DNA of 64,000 nt from an uncultured Gammaproteobacteria bacterium (GTDB lineage: Bacteria > Patescibacteriota > Patescibacteriia > UBA11705). The stretch is taken from NCBI GenBank assembly GCA_964592195.1, contig CAZQEI010000002.1, forward strand, positions 77,240-141,239. The letters are read 5' to 3'. The notes under the pieces are model-generated. The model saw nothing but the letters and a program-made list of their open reading frames with translations, did not search any database and had not been told where the DNA came from. Made by a program: the position numbers and the translations under genes. Numbering within the stretch: the first letter of the stretch is position 1; each line of letters opens with the position of its first letter. Positions 1 through 9,571 of the stretch are shown one piece after another.

Positions 1-175
1 TAATATTTACAAAAGTAACGACCACTTCAGCAAGAAACAACAATAGAGCTTGTCGAGCGTGATATTGAGCAAAAGGACTTTCTTTGGCTAAGAGTAACGG
101 AGCTAAACATAAAATTCCCAGGTAACCAACCGCCGCAATCATTTTATGTTCCTTGATATCTTTTTCATCAAACAT
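1..175 (-). CDS. hypothetical membrane protein (partial, 3' end outside window)
   Basis: Minus-strand ORF starting with ATG at 175 and running off the window edge; translation MFDEKDIKEHKMIAAVGYLGILCLAPLLLAKE... is hydrophobic. Confidence 0.3.
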   Translation of the reverse strand, partial: MFDEKDIKEHKMIAAVGYLGILCLAPLLLAKESPFAQYHARQALLLFLAEVVVTFVNI

Positions 176-193
176 ATAGTTTTTAATTATTTA

Positions 194-574
194 TTATTCT
201 AAAGACAAAGCTTCGTAATGAATGAACTTGGGTTCAGCGTTAATTATTTCCACGACTACCACATCAAATTGAATCTCCTTATCCGTATCATTTTCCATTA
301 AATAGTATTCGATCGCAGTATTGATCGCTTGTAATTTGAAAAATGTTACCGCCTCTTCTCCCCAACCCGTGCTGTGGTTAACGCGCGTTTTCACTTCGAC
401 AAATAACAAAGTCTGGTCATTTTCCATGATCAAATCAATTTCACCGCGACGACAACGGAAATTTGCGACCACTGGCTTCCAATTTTTCTTTTCTAAATAC
501 GCTTGCGCCAATTCCTCGCCCCACTTACCTAAACGCTTTTTGTATTTGGTGTTTAACATTAAAAAGACAACCAA
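194..574 (-). CDS. YraN/UPF0102 family endonuclease
   Basis: 126 aa; GEELAQAYLEKKNW...RCRRGEIDLIMENDQTLLFVEVKTR matches the UPF0102 (YraN) consensus. Confidence 0.65.
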   Translation of the reverse strand: MVVFLMLNTKYKKRLGKWGEELAQAYLEKKNWKPVVANFRCRRGEIDLIMENDQTLLFVEVKTRVNHSTGWGEEAVTFFKLQAINTAIEYYLMENDTDKEIQFDVVVVEIINAEPKFIHYEALSLE

Positions 575-801
575 CTGCCAAGAGTGGCATTCAATAAATC
601 ATCCTGCAATCCAGCAACAACAATCGCTCCGAGAATAACTACCAAGACACCAACAATCTTGTAAAAAGTCCAACTACCACTGGTAAAAGTTTTTTCTGCA
701 AACTCAATTGGTCCAATCAAATCTATCGCCCACTGAGTTCGCCAAACGCAAATAAATCCCGCACCCAAAATTAAGAGTCCAATTATAATACGTCCTATCA
801 T
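559..801 (-). CDS. small membrane protein
   Basis: 80 aa with two predicted TM helices; no recognisable motif. Confidence 0.35.
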   Translation of the reverse strand: MIGRIIIGLLILGAGFICVWRTQWAIDLIGPIEFAEKTFTSGSWTFYKIVGVLVVILGAIVVAGLQDDLLNATLGSWLSF

Positions 802-947
802 ATGCCTAAATTATAGCAGATTTATACATCTCTGTTAATTGATTTATCCAGTTGCTTTATTGATTTCTTGCTTTTTTACTAAACTACCCATTGACAAAAT
901 GATCCCAATCTCCTAAACTAATAAATCCCCTAACAACGGAGGAACCC

Positions 948-1202
948 ATGGATAAACAAATCATCTGCGATAAATGTCATCATCCTATGATCATGATCCC
1001 AGGAGATAGTTCGAACAATCAGACCAAGGTATATGGTTGTGAAAATTGTGGGGCTACAAAAAAACTGAACGATGGCATGTTGTGCCAGACACCGAAAGAA
1101 AAGACTGATCCTCAAGATCGAAACATGTATCCGCCAACATTCACCAATAAACCAAATGCCCAAGGATGCCCAGCTCATTCCACTAACAGATATCAATTTT
1201 AA
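948..1202 (+). CDS. zinc-ribbon protein
   Basis: 84 aa with CxxC...CxxC pairs (CDKCHH...CENCG); followed by a terminator. Confidence 0.45.
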   Translation: MDKQIICDKCHHPMIMIPGDSSNNQTKVYGCENCGATKKLNDGMLCQTPKEKTDPQDRNMYPPTFTNKPNAQGCPAHSTNRYQF

Positions 1203-1225
1203 CCTCGGAAAATCCGAGGTTTTTC
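1203..1225 (+). terminator. rho-independent terminator
   Basis: cctcgg-aaaat-ccgagg hairpin followed by a T-run. Confidence 0.7.
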
Positions 1226-1327
1226 AATAAATTTCATCATTGACAAACAGTTAATTTCATGTAATAATATAGCTTAATTTGATCGTTAACAACCCACAGC
1301 GCCCGATGAACGGGTCGAGGAGGTTTC

Positions 1328-2449
1328 ATGATTCAGATTGATCGACGACCGTATGATAGATTGAGTTCCTTGGTAAAATTACTAATTCAACAGGACATTC
1401 TCAGTCGTCAAGCGTTTGCAGTTTGGAAAAAGAAGCAAGTTCCCCTGCTCAGCAACATTTTTCAGTATGAACAGAAGAATGGCATGCCCAGCATTGATCA
1501 ATTGATTAGCCTAGACTTTCATCCCGAGTTGCCATTAATTCTTCTGAACTATTCAACCGTTGCCCACAATACTTTGCATGAATATCCTGAAGGTTGGACT
1601 CCTGTTCTACGTGCTTGTCGCGGTTTGGTGATTGATTTCGATGGTTATGTTGTTGGTCTACCCTTCCTCAAGTTTTTTAACTACCTCGAACATGCAGAGA
1701 CCAAGCTTCTTCCTAATTTGAAGTTCACAGCAACCAAGAAACATGATGGTCACTTGGGAATCATTTTCCAATATCGCGGACAAATGGTACTGACTACTCG
1801 TGGTCGGTTTGCCAGTCCGAGCAGTAAACTGGGAAATGAGATGCTGAAAACTTGCATTAATCAATATTGGAACGTTAATCCTTCGCTTTGTTTGTTGGTA
1901 GAAATGATTCATCCTGACACGCAAGTTTTGACCAATTACTTTGGCAAGGTTAAATTTGTTTTGATCGGTGCCACTGACGCAGAATCTTTTGTTGACTATG
2001 GTGATGATTATGAAACTTTAACTAAGATTGCGATCGCATTTGATATTGAACTGACGGAACAATGGGATGGGTATAATCTCAAAGATCTTATCACATGGAT
2101 GAAAGATCGATCTGTTGATAATCAAGAAGGGTATGTCATCACCTTCAGCAATGGACTGCGTGTCAAAGTCAAGTTTGAAACATACATTGGTAAGATGGTC
2201 GCTGCCAAGCTTTCATACAACTATCTAATGCGACGGTTATTGTCCGGGAATACCAAAAAGATGCTCCTAACTTTACCTGAAGAAATTCATGACACTGCCA
2301 TGCGCATGCTTGGTGAAATTCTCATTCTGCTGTCAACGCCGGGCGAGCCCAAAGACCGCTGGCGTGCATTATACACTCTCGAAGGTGACAATGCCTCCAA
2401 CACTTTCAAAAACACCTGTCGCGAATTTGTAAAAACTTTCAACCATTAA
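1328..2449 (+). CDS. ATP-dependent RNA ligase-like nucleotidyltransferase
   Basis: 373 aa; motif I TKKHDGHLG (KxDG), motif IV QEGYVITF, motif V GLRVKVKFE are in the order expected for the covalent nucleotidyltransferase (Rnl/ligase) family. Confidence 0.5.
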   Translation: MIQIDRRPYDRLSSLVKLLIQQDILSRQAFAVWKKKQVPLLSNIFQYEQKNGMPSIDQLISLDFHPELPLILLNYSTVAHNTLHEYPEGWTPVLRACRGLVIDFDGYVVGLPFLKFFNYLEHAETKLLPNLKFTATKKHDGHLGIIFQYRGQMVLTTRGRFASPSSKLGNEMLKTCINQYWNVNPSLCLLVEMIHPDTQVLTNYFGKVKFVLIGATDAESFVDYGDDYETLTKIAIAFDIELTEQWDGYNLKDLITWMKDRSVDNQEGYVITFSNGLRVKVKFETYIGKMVAAKLSYNYLMRRLLSGNTKKMLLTLPEEIHDTAMRMLGEILILLSTPGEPKDRWRALYTLEGDNASNTFKNTCREFVKTFNH

Positions 2450-2454
2450 AAAAC

Positions 2455-2482
2455 TATCTCCAATCTTGGAGATTTTTTTATT
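2455..2482 (+). terminator. rho-independent terminator
   Basis: tctcca-atct-tggaga hairpin followed by ttttttta. Confidence 0.7.
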
Positions 2483-2701
2483 TTTCATTTTTTCCGTTTC
2501 CCCGGACTACGATCCGGGGTCTCATATTTCAAAATCACCACAACTAATTGAGATCCCCGCATACGCGAGGAAAGAGGTGTGATGATTTTTTCGTTTCCCC
2601 GTACCCCGCGAATTTATTCATTGATCCGAGGTTTAAATAATATATTCCTTCGCCTTTTCTCTTTATTCTCATTATCTCATTTTCTCAAATATAAAAGAGC
2701 A

Positions 2702-3310
2702 TCAATGATGCTCCCATATTACTTTACACTCACCTTCTTCATTAAACCCAATCCCCAATCTCCCCAATCGCTCAACTGCTTCTTCTCTCGTTAAATCTTT
2801 ATCAACAATTGCCACTTGGATTCTCAAACAAATATCAATCTTCCAAGTTTTCGGTACCTTTTTTTCATCCACTCCAGCATAAATTTCCATGGCACGATGC
2901 ATGTAACCATCGCGAATCAAACAAGACAATACCCTGCGAACATCACGACCTTTTTCATGTTCACATTCTCTCATTCGGTATGGATTAAGATCATGTTCAA
3001 TCCACGGATAAATCTTCGGGGTATTCAATTTATTTGCAACATCGATCATCTTTTGGTTTTTGACTTGCTTAGAAAATTTCAAACCAAGTTTATATTCCAT
3101 ATTAGCCAAAACACATTCAAAAAAATCCCGATCATCCACATACTTCATCTTGCAACAAGCCGTTCGATTACTTTTTACCTGACAAAACTTTTCCGGATTA
3201 GACAACGATATTCCTTTTGGCTTTGCCTCAACTGAAGATGACAGAAATACCATCAACAAAAGAATTACTAAGTTGATTTGCATGGCAATCTCCTGGTTGT
3301 TAAGGTTCAA
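2702..3310 (-). CDS. secreted Cys-rich hypothetical protein (paralog A)
   Basis: 202 aa; N-terminal signal-like segment; FCQVKSNRTACCKMKYVDDRDFFECVLANMEY block shared with the neighbouring ORF. Confidence 0.5.
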   Translation of the reverse strand: MNLNNQEIAMQINLVILLLMVFLSSSVEAKPKGISLSNPEKFCQVKSNRTACCKMKYVDDRDFFECVLANMEYKLGLKFSKQVKNQKMIDVANKLNTPKIYPWIEHDLNPYRMRECEHEKGRDVRRVLSCLIRDGYMHRAMEIYAGVDEKKVPKTWKIDICLRIQVAIVDKDLTREEAVERLGRLGIGFNEEGECKVIWEHH

Positions 3311-3375
3311 GTCAATATAATTTTAACTAAATAAAACACTTCCGTCAAAAAAGACGCTGTTGGCGTCTTGATCAT

Positions 3376-3984
3376 TTACTTATTCACACACTCTTCTCTA
3401 TCATTAAAATACACACCATATGGTTTAACTCTTTCATTGGCCTCGACCAAAGACACTCGCTTCGCCACGACCTCCGGCTCCATATAGTGACAAATCATGC
3501 GCTTGAAATCAATCAATTCCAGTCCAACTGGGCGAGATTGAAATACTTCCGCAGCGCGTTTGGTATGACCTTCGTACAGCAGGCACGCTACTTGAACTCT
3601 AGCATCTTTATTATCAACACCTTCACAGCGCCATTGACGATGAGGATTCTTGTCCATTTCTTCCGTCAGATTCCCCATACCCCAGAGCATATTCAATTCA
3701 TCCGCGTAATGCACTCGAGCATCATCACTAGCCATCTTGGCCAAAGTCGAAGCTTCTGAATATTCACGACTAGCAACCAAACAATTAAAGTAATCAACAT
3801 CTGTCTGATAGTCCATACGACAACAAGCTTTTCGTCCTTCATTCAAACCAAGACAAAAATTCTTATACACGTTCATTTCAGTAGTTACTTTCTTATCAAA
3901 TATCATCCAATACGGTTTCTGATCTTCAGCTAGAATAAGAGAGGAATAGCCACAAATCACCAAAATTAACGCTTTTCGGCTCAT
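3376..3984 (-). CDS. secreted Cys-rich hypothetical protein (paralog B)
   Basis: 202 aa, same length and Cys spacing as 2702..3310 (FCLGLNEGRKACCRMDYQTDVDYFNCLVASREY). Confidence 0.5.
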   Translation of the reverse strand: MSRKALILVICGYSSLILAEDQKPYWMIFDKKVTTEMNVYKNFCLGLNEGRKACCRMDYQTDVDYFNCLVASREYSEASTLAKMASDDARVHYADELNMLWGMGNLTEEMDKNPHRQWRCEGVDNKDARVQVACLLYEGHTKRAAEVFQSRPVGLELIDFKRMICHYMEPEVVAKRVSLVEANERVKPYGVYFNDREECVNK

Positions 3985-4080
3985 ATTGCCTCCTTGGAAT
4001 TGTTGTTGTTTGTGAAATTGCCAAAGATCTTTAACTGATTAATATACATTAAATCTTTATTTTTGTCAATGTGCCAATAA

Positions 4081-4674
4081 TTAACGTTTCTTTTCATCTG
4101 CCAAAAAACATTTATCATCATTAAATCTCTCTTTCCATTCCTCCGGATTGCCATAATCAGCAAATTCACTATACCAACCATGATTAAATTTTGGCTTATG
4201 TGCGGCCTTAATTGGACACCAATATCGTTCCGTTCTTCCAGCGATTTCAACGGCGTAGGCAAATAAACCATTTACATAAGTACAATAAACGCAATGCACC
4301 TTTTCAATCCAATTCAAGTAATCCAAGAATTGACGATCATAAACAATAAAATCTCTTCGTTTAACTTTTGGGATGTGATAAAGAGAAAAAGCTACTGCGT
4401 GATACAGTGAAAGAAACACATCCAAAATTAACGCTGGAATTATCATCATGTAAATAAAGGGTAGAGACAAGACATGCCTAATATGTTTTGGAATAACATA
4501 TTTCCAAGCAGGAATTTTAAAACTTTTATTCCTCTTACGAATGGCCTCCAAAAAAACCACCTTCTTACCGGCAAAATAAAAGCCATATTTTTCCGCCATC
4601 TTGTTATACTTTTCAGATAATTGCTTATTCAACGCGGCAATTTTGTCTAACAAATCTTTGATACTTTGGTTCAT
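4081..4674 (-). CDS. hypothetical membrane-associated protein
   Basis: 197 aa ORF with one hydrophobic stretch; no recognisable motif. Confidence 0.4.
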   Translation of the reverse strand: MNQSIKDLLDKIAALNKQLSEKYNKMAEKYGFYFAGKKVVFLEAIRKRNKSFKIPAWKYVIPKHIRHVLSLPFIYMMIIPALILDVFLSLYHAVAFSLYHIPKVKRRDFIVYDRQFLDYLNWIEKVHCVYCTYVNGLFAYAVEIAGRTERYWCPIKAAHKPKFNHGWYSEFADYGNPEEWKERFNDDKCFLADEKKR

Positions 4675-4790
4675 AAAGTTAACTAAGTTTTAATAGTAAC
4701 ATGAGTATAGCATAAATTTATATTTTTTGAAGCCTCTTTTTCAATCAAAAAAGGGTGACACGATCGTCACCCCCCTTTCATATAATTTAT

Positions 4791-5399
4791 TTAATCTCTT
4801 GTCGATCTCTTCTTCACTCTCCAAATTAGGAACATCAGTCCCGAAGTCGACGGCACGGCTCGACCCAGGTAAATCCACGAAAAGATATCGTTGTTCACCC
4901 AGGCTGGATAGACCGCACACAACGTCGCGAGGAGCACCGCTCCCCAGACGACCAGAGACTCAGTGCATTCCTTCGCTTTCAACAGCTTCTTCACCGTAGC
5001 GAAGTAAGCGATCAGGGCAATGCTCTGCACCAAGCCATAGGATATCAAAGCGTCTTTCGTAATCATCCAGAATACCACGATCACGGCGCCAGAAAATAGA
5101 CACCACTTCTGAACAGTATCGAACGCTACATTAAGCGTGTGGTTGCGAATATTGGTTACCAGAACGCCGATCAAGATGGTTGAAATGTTAAAGACACCAG
5201 CCACGACCGCGATATTGGCCGTCCACGACTTGTTCGGGTTTGACCAATACATAATAAAGGACAAAGAGATAACCACGAGCATCAGAATCCAGGTGGCCAA
5301 GACCGGCTTGGTCACGCCATGCCAGGTCAACCACACGTAGTAAAACGCTGAAACGATCATCATGACCACCGTACCCACGACCATGGCGCCGTATAGCAT
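4791..5399 (-). CDS. integral membrane protein (GC-rich gene)
   Basis: 202 aa with about six TM helices; GGAGG RBS 7 nt upstream of the ATG; local GC about 50% versus about 35% genome average. Confidence 0.45.
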   Translation of the reverse strand: MLYGAMVVGTVVMMIVSAFYYVWLTWHGVTKPVLATWILMLVVISLSFIMYWSNPNKSWTANIAVVAGVFNISTILIGVLVTNIRNHTLNVAFDTVQKWCLFSGAVIVVFWMITKDALISYGLVQSIALIAYFATVKKLLKAKECTESLVVWGAVLLATLCAVYPAWVNNDIFSWIYLGRAVPSTSGLMFLIWRVKKRSTRD

Positions 5400-5576
5400 A
5401 TCAGCACCTCCAGTTTGTTAGTGTTTTTTGATGTAACTTACCACACTTTTGCTTGTGAACATACCACTAGATAACCATTATATTATATCAAATTTTAACA
5501 TTTTTGTCAATAGGTGTTTATTCAACGATTTTCACCTTAAAATAAACAAAAACACTGACTCTCGTCAGTATCTTTA

Positions 5577-5663
5577 TGGTGCCCAGGAGAAGACTCGAAC
5601 TTCCATACCCTTGCGGGTGCTACCACCTCAAGGTAGTGCGTCTACCAATTTCGCCACCTGGGC
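5577..5663 (-). tRNA. tRNA-Leu (anticodon GAG)
   Basis: Reverse complement gcccaggtggcgaaattggtagacgcactaccttgaggtggtagcacccgcaagggtatggaagttcgagtcttctcctgggcacca: 7-bp acceptor stem, long variable arm, anticodon loop cuUGAGgu, CCA end. Confidence 0.8.
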
Positions 5664-5704
5664 ATAATCTAATAATCAAATTGTTGCGTCCCCTGCACCA
5701 CATA

Positions 5705-5782
5705 GGGTGAAGGGCCATGAACCCAACGTGGTTCATGGTACCAATTTCGTTAGCCCTGTCGAATGACAGGGCCACCTGGGCA
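5705..5782 (-). pseudogene. degenerate tRNA-Leu 5' fragment interrupted by two hairpin insertions
   Basis: Reverse complement begins tgcccaggtggc...cgaaattggta like the adjacent tRNA-Leu, but carries inserted hairpins ccctgtcattcgacaggg and ccatgaacc-acgttg-ggttcatgg and has no 3' acceptor strand. Confidence 0.55.
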
Positions 5783-5816
5783 GATACGCTTCAAGGCGAC
5801 CTCGAAGCGACTAGAA

Positions 5817-6005
5817 CTATTCTACACTAATTGCTTGAACTGGGCAAGCGTCCTTGGCTTGGTTGATTTTATCCGAATATTGATCGTAAGCGACATCTGG
5901 TTTGACCCCCGCCTTATTATCTCCTTCGAAAACAAACACTTCTTCAGCCATGGCAATGCAAGATCCGCACCCAATGCACTTTTCCTTGTCTACTTTTGGT
6001 AACAT
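5817..6005 (-). CDS. 4Fe-4S ferredoxin
   Basis: 62 aa; CIGCGSC...ACP motif. Confidence 0.65.
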   Translation of the reverse strand: MLPKVDKEKCIGCGSCIAMAEEVFVFEGDNKAGVKPDVAYDQYSDKINQAKDACPVQAISVE

Positions 6006-6009
6006 AGTT

Positions 6010-6798
6010 TTATTTTATATTAATATTCTTTGATTTACCTACAATCACTTTTAACTTTTTGTTGGCTAACTTCACCGCGACAGGTGTTTTGACCACCTTA
6101 TACTCATCTATCATGATCGGTAAGTATTCAAAACTCTTGATTTCAAAATTCACACCTTGAATAACACTATCCACCATGGAGTCGCGATTCTTGGTGAAAT
6201 ATTTTTTCCAGCCTTCAGGTATAATATCACTTTTGAAAACTAAATCCAAGCGTCCATCTTGAGCCGATACTTTGTTCATCAACTCATCCACATTTGACTC
6301 GGCGAAGTTTGAATTGTAAACAGCCACTTGTGAACAACCAGGTCGAGTCATGACACGATAACCTTGATGATTAATTGTTAAACGATCAATGTTTTTATGA
6401 ATTTTTAAATTAGTAAAAAAATAATGTTCCCCTACTTGCCCTAAATCAAATTCGGAGATTATTCTAGCCGCAATCACATCGCAAGCTTTTTCTTCCTGCG
6501 GGATGCCGAGGTTCTCAGCAATTTGATTATCCGGACCAATGGGAATAATTCCCAAAGTTAAACCGTTTTTTGTTGCCACATCTACGGCTTTCAAAAATGT
6601 TTTATCATTACCAACCACAATCACAGTTTTGGTGCCACGCTTGGCTTCATCATTAACGAGAGCTTCAATATTCTTTAGCAACGACAATCTTTCGTGTTTG
6701 CCTTGAATGTCCAAATCCAAAAGACCGGTTTTTATTTTATCCAAAACTTTTTCGTATTTTCTATCGTTCAAAAAGCTGTCGTATAAATAATAATACAT
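6010..6798 (-). CDS. diacylglycerol-kinase-like lipid kinase (DAGK_cat/YegS-like)
   Basis: TKTVIVVGNDKTF...GIIPIGPDNQIAENLGIP resembles the DAGK catalytic-domain consensus (GGDGT / iiPlGTgNdfAr). Confidence 0.45.
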   Translation of the reverse strand: MYYYLYDSFLNDRKYEKVLDKIKTGLLDLDIQGKHERLSLLKNIEALVNDEAKRGTKTVIVVGNDKTFLKAVDVATKNGLTLGIIPIGPDNQIAENLGIPQEEKACDVIAARIISEFDLGQVGEHYFFTNLKIHKNIDRLTINHQGYRVMTRPGCSQVAVYNSNFAESNVDELMNKVSAQDGRLDLVFKSDIIPEGWKKYFTKNRDSMVDSVIQGVNFEIKSFEYLPIMIDEYKVVKTPVAVKLANKKLKVIVGKSKNINIK

Positions 6799-6828
6799 AA
6801 AAACCGTAACCAGTTTTCCCTTTAAAGA

Positions 6829-7236
6829 TTATTGATTCTCAGCTTCAGATTCTAATTCTTTCACTTTTACACCGGAAGAGGCTTCTCCCATAGTGCAACG
6901 ACCATTAAAAGTCGCACCAGCATTTATCACTACTTCACCGGCATTAACGTCGCCAGTCACCTTAGCGGTTTCGGCCAATTCAATTCTACCATTAACTGAA
7001 ATATTACCAACTACTTCGCCACAAATGTAAGCATCCGCTGCTTTCACATCGGCTTTGACCTTAGCTTGAGCACCCACACGTAAACTTTTTTCTGTTTTCA
7101 AACTACCAGAAACTTCCCCCTCAACAACAATGTTACCATTACTGACCAAATCACCTTCGATTTTGATCGTACTGCCGATGATTGTGTCATCGATTTGATT
7201 ACCATTTAATCCCTCCTGATCTTTTGGTCCAAACAT
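6829..7236 (-). CDS. bactofilin
   Basis: 135 aa with repetitive beta-helical pattern (G.I.VEGEV.G.L....L.V...A.V.GDV...) typical of the bactofilin (DUF583) domain. Confidence 0.6.
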   Translation of the reverse strand: MFGPKDQEGLNGNQIDDTIIGSTIKIEGDLVSNGNIVVEGEVSGSLKTEKSLRVGAQAKVKADVKAADAYICGEVVGNISVNGRIELAETAKVTGDVNAGEVVINAGATFNGRCTMGEASSGVKVKELESEAENQ

Positions 7237-7323
7237 ACGAATATTTTTAATTATTGAACTATGTTATATATATTAATCTCTCTTACCTGTTTTGTAAAGG
7301 AATCATGCCTGCAACGCTATCCG

Positions 7324-7356
7324 CTGATCAATGTTCTATGATCAATGTTCAATGAC
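7324..7356. promoter_or_regulatory. tandem TGATCAATG / ATTGATCAAT palindromic repeats upstream of the bactofilin gene
   Basis: gctgatcaatgttctatgatcaatgttcaatgacc; same 9-mer family as the block upstream of rpsL. Confidence 0.5.
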
Positions 7357-7359
7357 CTC

Positions 7360-9075
7360 CTACATTTCACTTAATCCATCGATATTTAACAACTGCAAAC
7401 CTTGCAAAAGCACAGTTTTTGTCTGTTTTACCAAGGCTAACCGAGTGGCACGCAATTTCATTCCCACATTCAAAATCTGTTGCGCATGATAAAAACTATT
7501 AAACAATTGAGCTAAATCAAGCAAATATGTGCACAAGATTGCCGGTTGATATTTTTCTCCACTGTGAACAATAGCTGATTCAAATTGACCTAAATGCTTA
7601 ATCAAATTTTGTTCTTCTTTAGAATTTAACAATGAATAATCTTTCGGCATAAATCCTGACCACCATCCCGCCTTACGTTCCAGTGAATTCAACCGGGCTA
7701 AACAATACAATAAATATGGTCCGCTGGCGCCATCAATGGCTGTGGCTTTTTCCATGTCAAAAACAATTACCGAGTTATTTTCATATTTCAACATGAAGAA
7801 TTTAATGGCTGCCAAAGCAATTTTTTCCGAAACCTCATTCATCTTTTCCTCTGACCAATCTGCATGTCTTTTCTTGGTTTCTACCATGACTTTCGACTTA
7901 ACTGCCTCAATAAAATCTTCCACCGGAACCACGTTACCTTTACGCGAAGCCATAGCTCCATCCGGCAAAGTAACAAAGTCATAACTGACATGAACCTTTT
8001 CTTTATTTTCGTAACCTAGTAAATCTAATAACTTGAAAACTTGTTTTAAATACAACGATTGACGATTATCAACAACATAAATTGATTGGTCTACTCCAAA
8101 TTGGTCAAACTTTTTCTTTCCCAAAGGCAAATCCTTAATTCCATACAAAACATTTCCATCAGATTTAACCAACACTAAAACTTCTAAACCAAGCTCTTTC
8201 AAGTCCGCAATAATCGCTCCTTCACTTTCTTTGATTTGCTGCACCTGTTTTTTATCCATGATCTCTTTCAATAACACGCGGCCCGCTTCTTCTTCTTCAC
8301 TTTCCCAAAACCATTCATCAAACTTTATATTTAATCTTTCGTAAATGTTTAAAAAAGCTTGAAAACTTTGTTCCTTTGAAGATTTCCATAAACCGTAAAA
8401 ATGCGGATCATGTTCTTCAATCTTTTTCTGCACCGCGGAAACTTCAGTCATGGCGTCGGGATTTTCCGCAATCGCATTGACTGCGGCTGTATACATTCTT
8501 CCGAAAAACTTCGCTTCTGATTCACCTTCTTCATGCTTCATTTCAGGATTAAACTTGTCTACATACCACAAACATTTGGCCACATGCACACCGGAGTCGC
8601 CAATATAATTCACAGGAATAACATTATTTCCCAAAGTTCTAAAAATATTCACCAAACTGGCGCCCAAAAAAGCCGTTCGCAAATGTCCCACATGAAACTC
8701 TTTATGCGTGTTGGGTTGAGAAAATTCAATCATCACTTTCTTCCCAGTCGCGGGTAAACAAATCGACTCGGTCAATATTTTTTTATTCCACCAATTTAAA
8801 TCCAAGAAAAAATTCACATACGGACCAATGGCTTTCACTTCTGACCAACAAACATCAGGCGCGCCATTCAGTTTTTCAACAAATTCTTTAGCCAAATCAA
8901 CCGGATTTGCATGCTTGTCTTTGGCCAATTCAAACATCGGCCAGGCCCAATGACCCATTTCAATTTTTGGTGGTTCAGATAAAAGCTTATAGTCAACTTT
9001 AACATCTAAAACCTTTTCTATATCTGAAACTATTTGTAATTTAATTTTTTCCATATTATTTTTTATCACGTTCAT
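7360..9075 (-). CDS. argS: arginine--tRNA ligase
   Basis: 571 aa; class I HIGH region FHVGHLRTAFLG matches the ArgRS signature HVGHLRS; MASRKGN KMSKS-like motif; C-terminus ...LSEM as in ArgRS DALR domains. Confidence 0.85.
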   Translation of the reverse strand: MNVIKNNMEKIKLQIVSDIEKVLDVKVDYKLLSEPPKIEMGHWAWPMFELAKDKHANPVDLAKEFVEKLNGAPDVCWSEVKAIGPYVNFFLDLNWWNKKILTESICLPATGKKVMIEFSQPNTHKEFHVGHLRTAFLGASLVNIFRTLGNNVIPVNYIGDSGVHVAKCLWYVDKFNPEMKHEEGESEAKFFGRMYTAAVNAIAENPDAMTEVSAVQKKIEEHDPHFYGLWKSSKEQSFQAFLNIYERLNIKFDEWFWESEEEEAGRVLLKEIMDKKQVQQIKESEGAIIADLKELGLEVLVLVKSDGNVLYGIKDLPLGKKKFDQFGVDQSIYVVDNRQSLYLKQVFKLLDLLGYENKEKVHVSYDFVTLPDGAMASRKGNVVPVEDFIEAVKSKVMVETKKRHADWSEEKMNEVSEKIALAAIKFFMLKYENNSVIVFDMEKATAIDGASGPYLLYCLARLNSLERKAGWWSGFMPKDYSLLNSKEEQNLIKHLGQFESAIVHSGEKYQPAILCTYLLDLAQLFNSFYHAQQILNVGMKLRATRLALVKQTKTVLLQGLQLLNIDGLSEM

Positions 9076-9559
9076 CTCGCAGACGATCCAACTTTTCCAA
9101 AATACTTTCTTCCTTGGCGAGAATAGTATCTTGTTTATTCAATATTTCATTTTCCATTTCCTCACTTTGTTCAATTTCCATCAATAAATCATCTTCCTCC
9201 CGATCAATTTTACGAGTAATATCTTTTTCCAATTTACGATATTGCACGGTGCTGATCATTGAAATAATTCGAGCAATAAACAACGCCAAGAAAATAAAAG
9301 ACAGAATCAGAGTTAAAAAGCATAATATGCGCCCAGCCATGGTAACAGGATACAATCCAGCCGCGCCACCCATGAAGTAAATACTCTCAATCCCGCGCCA
9401 CGCATCATTCAATGAAGTGATTTGTGGATTGGTTCGATACTCAAAAATATAGAATAACATGTCAGCGATAGCCAACCACATGATAAAAGCAAAAATCAAA
9501 ATGGCTAACAAAATATAACCGCGTCGCCGCACCAATAATTTCTCTTCATGATCATGCAT
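9056..9559 (-). CDS. membrane protein with C-terminal coiled coil
   Basis: 167 aa; two TM segments followed by a charged heptad-rich tail; overlaps the argS start by 20 nt. Confidence 0.4.
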   Translation of the reverse strand: MHDHEEKLLVRRRGYILLAILIFAFIMWLAIADMLFYIFEYRTNPQITSLNDAWRGIESIYFMGGAAGLYPVTMAGRILCFLTLILSFIFLALFIARIISMISTVQYRKLEKDITRKIDREEDDLLMEIEQSEEMENEILNKQDTILAKEESILEKLDRLRDERDKK

Positions 9560-9571
9560 AAATTTTTCTTA

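Noticed and set aside
5690-5800. Possibility that 5690..5800 encodes an SRP/4.5S or tmRNA-like ncRNA
   Set aside because: No SRP domain IV or tmRNA tag-peptide/pseudoknot signatures. The sequence is better explained as a tRNA-Leu-derived fragment with inserted hairpins.
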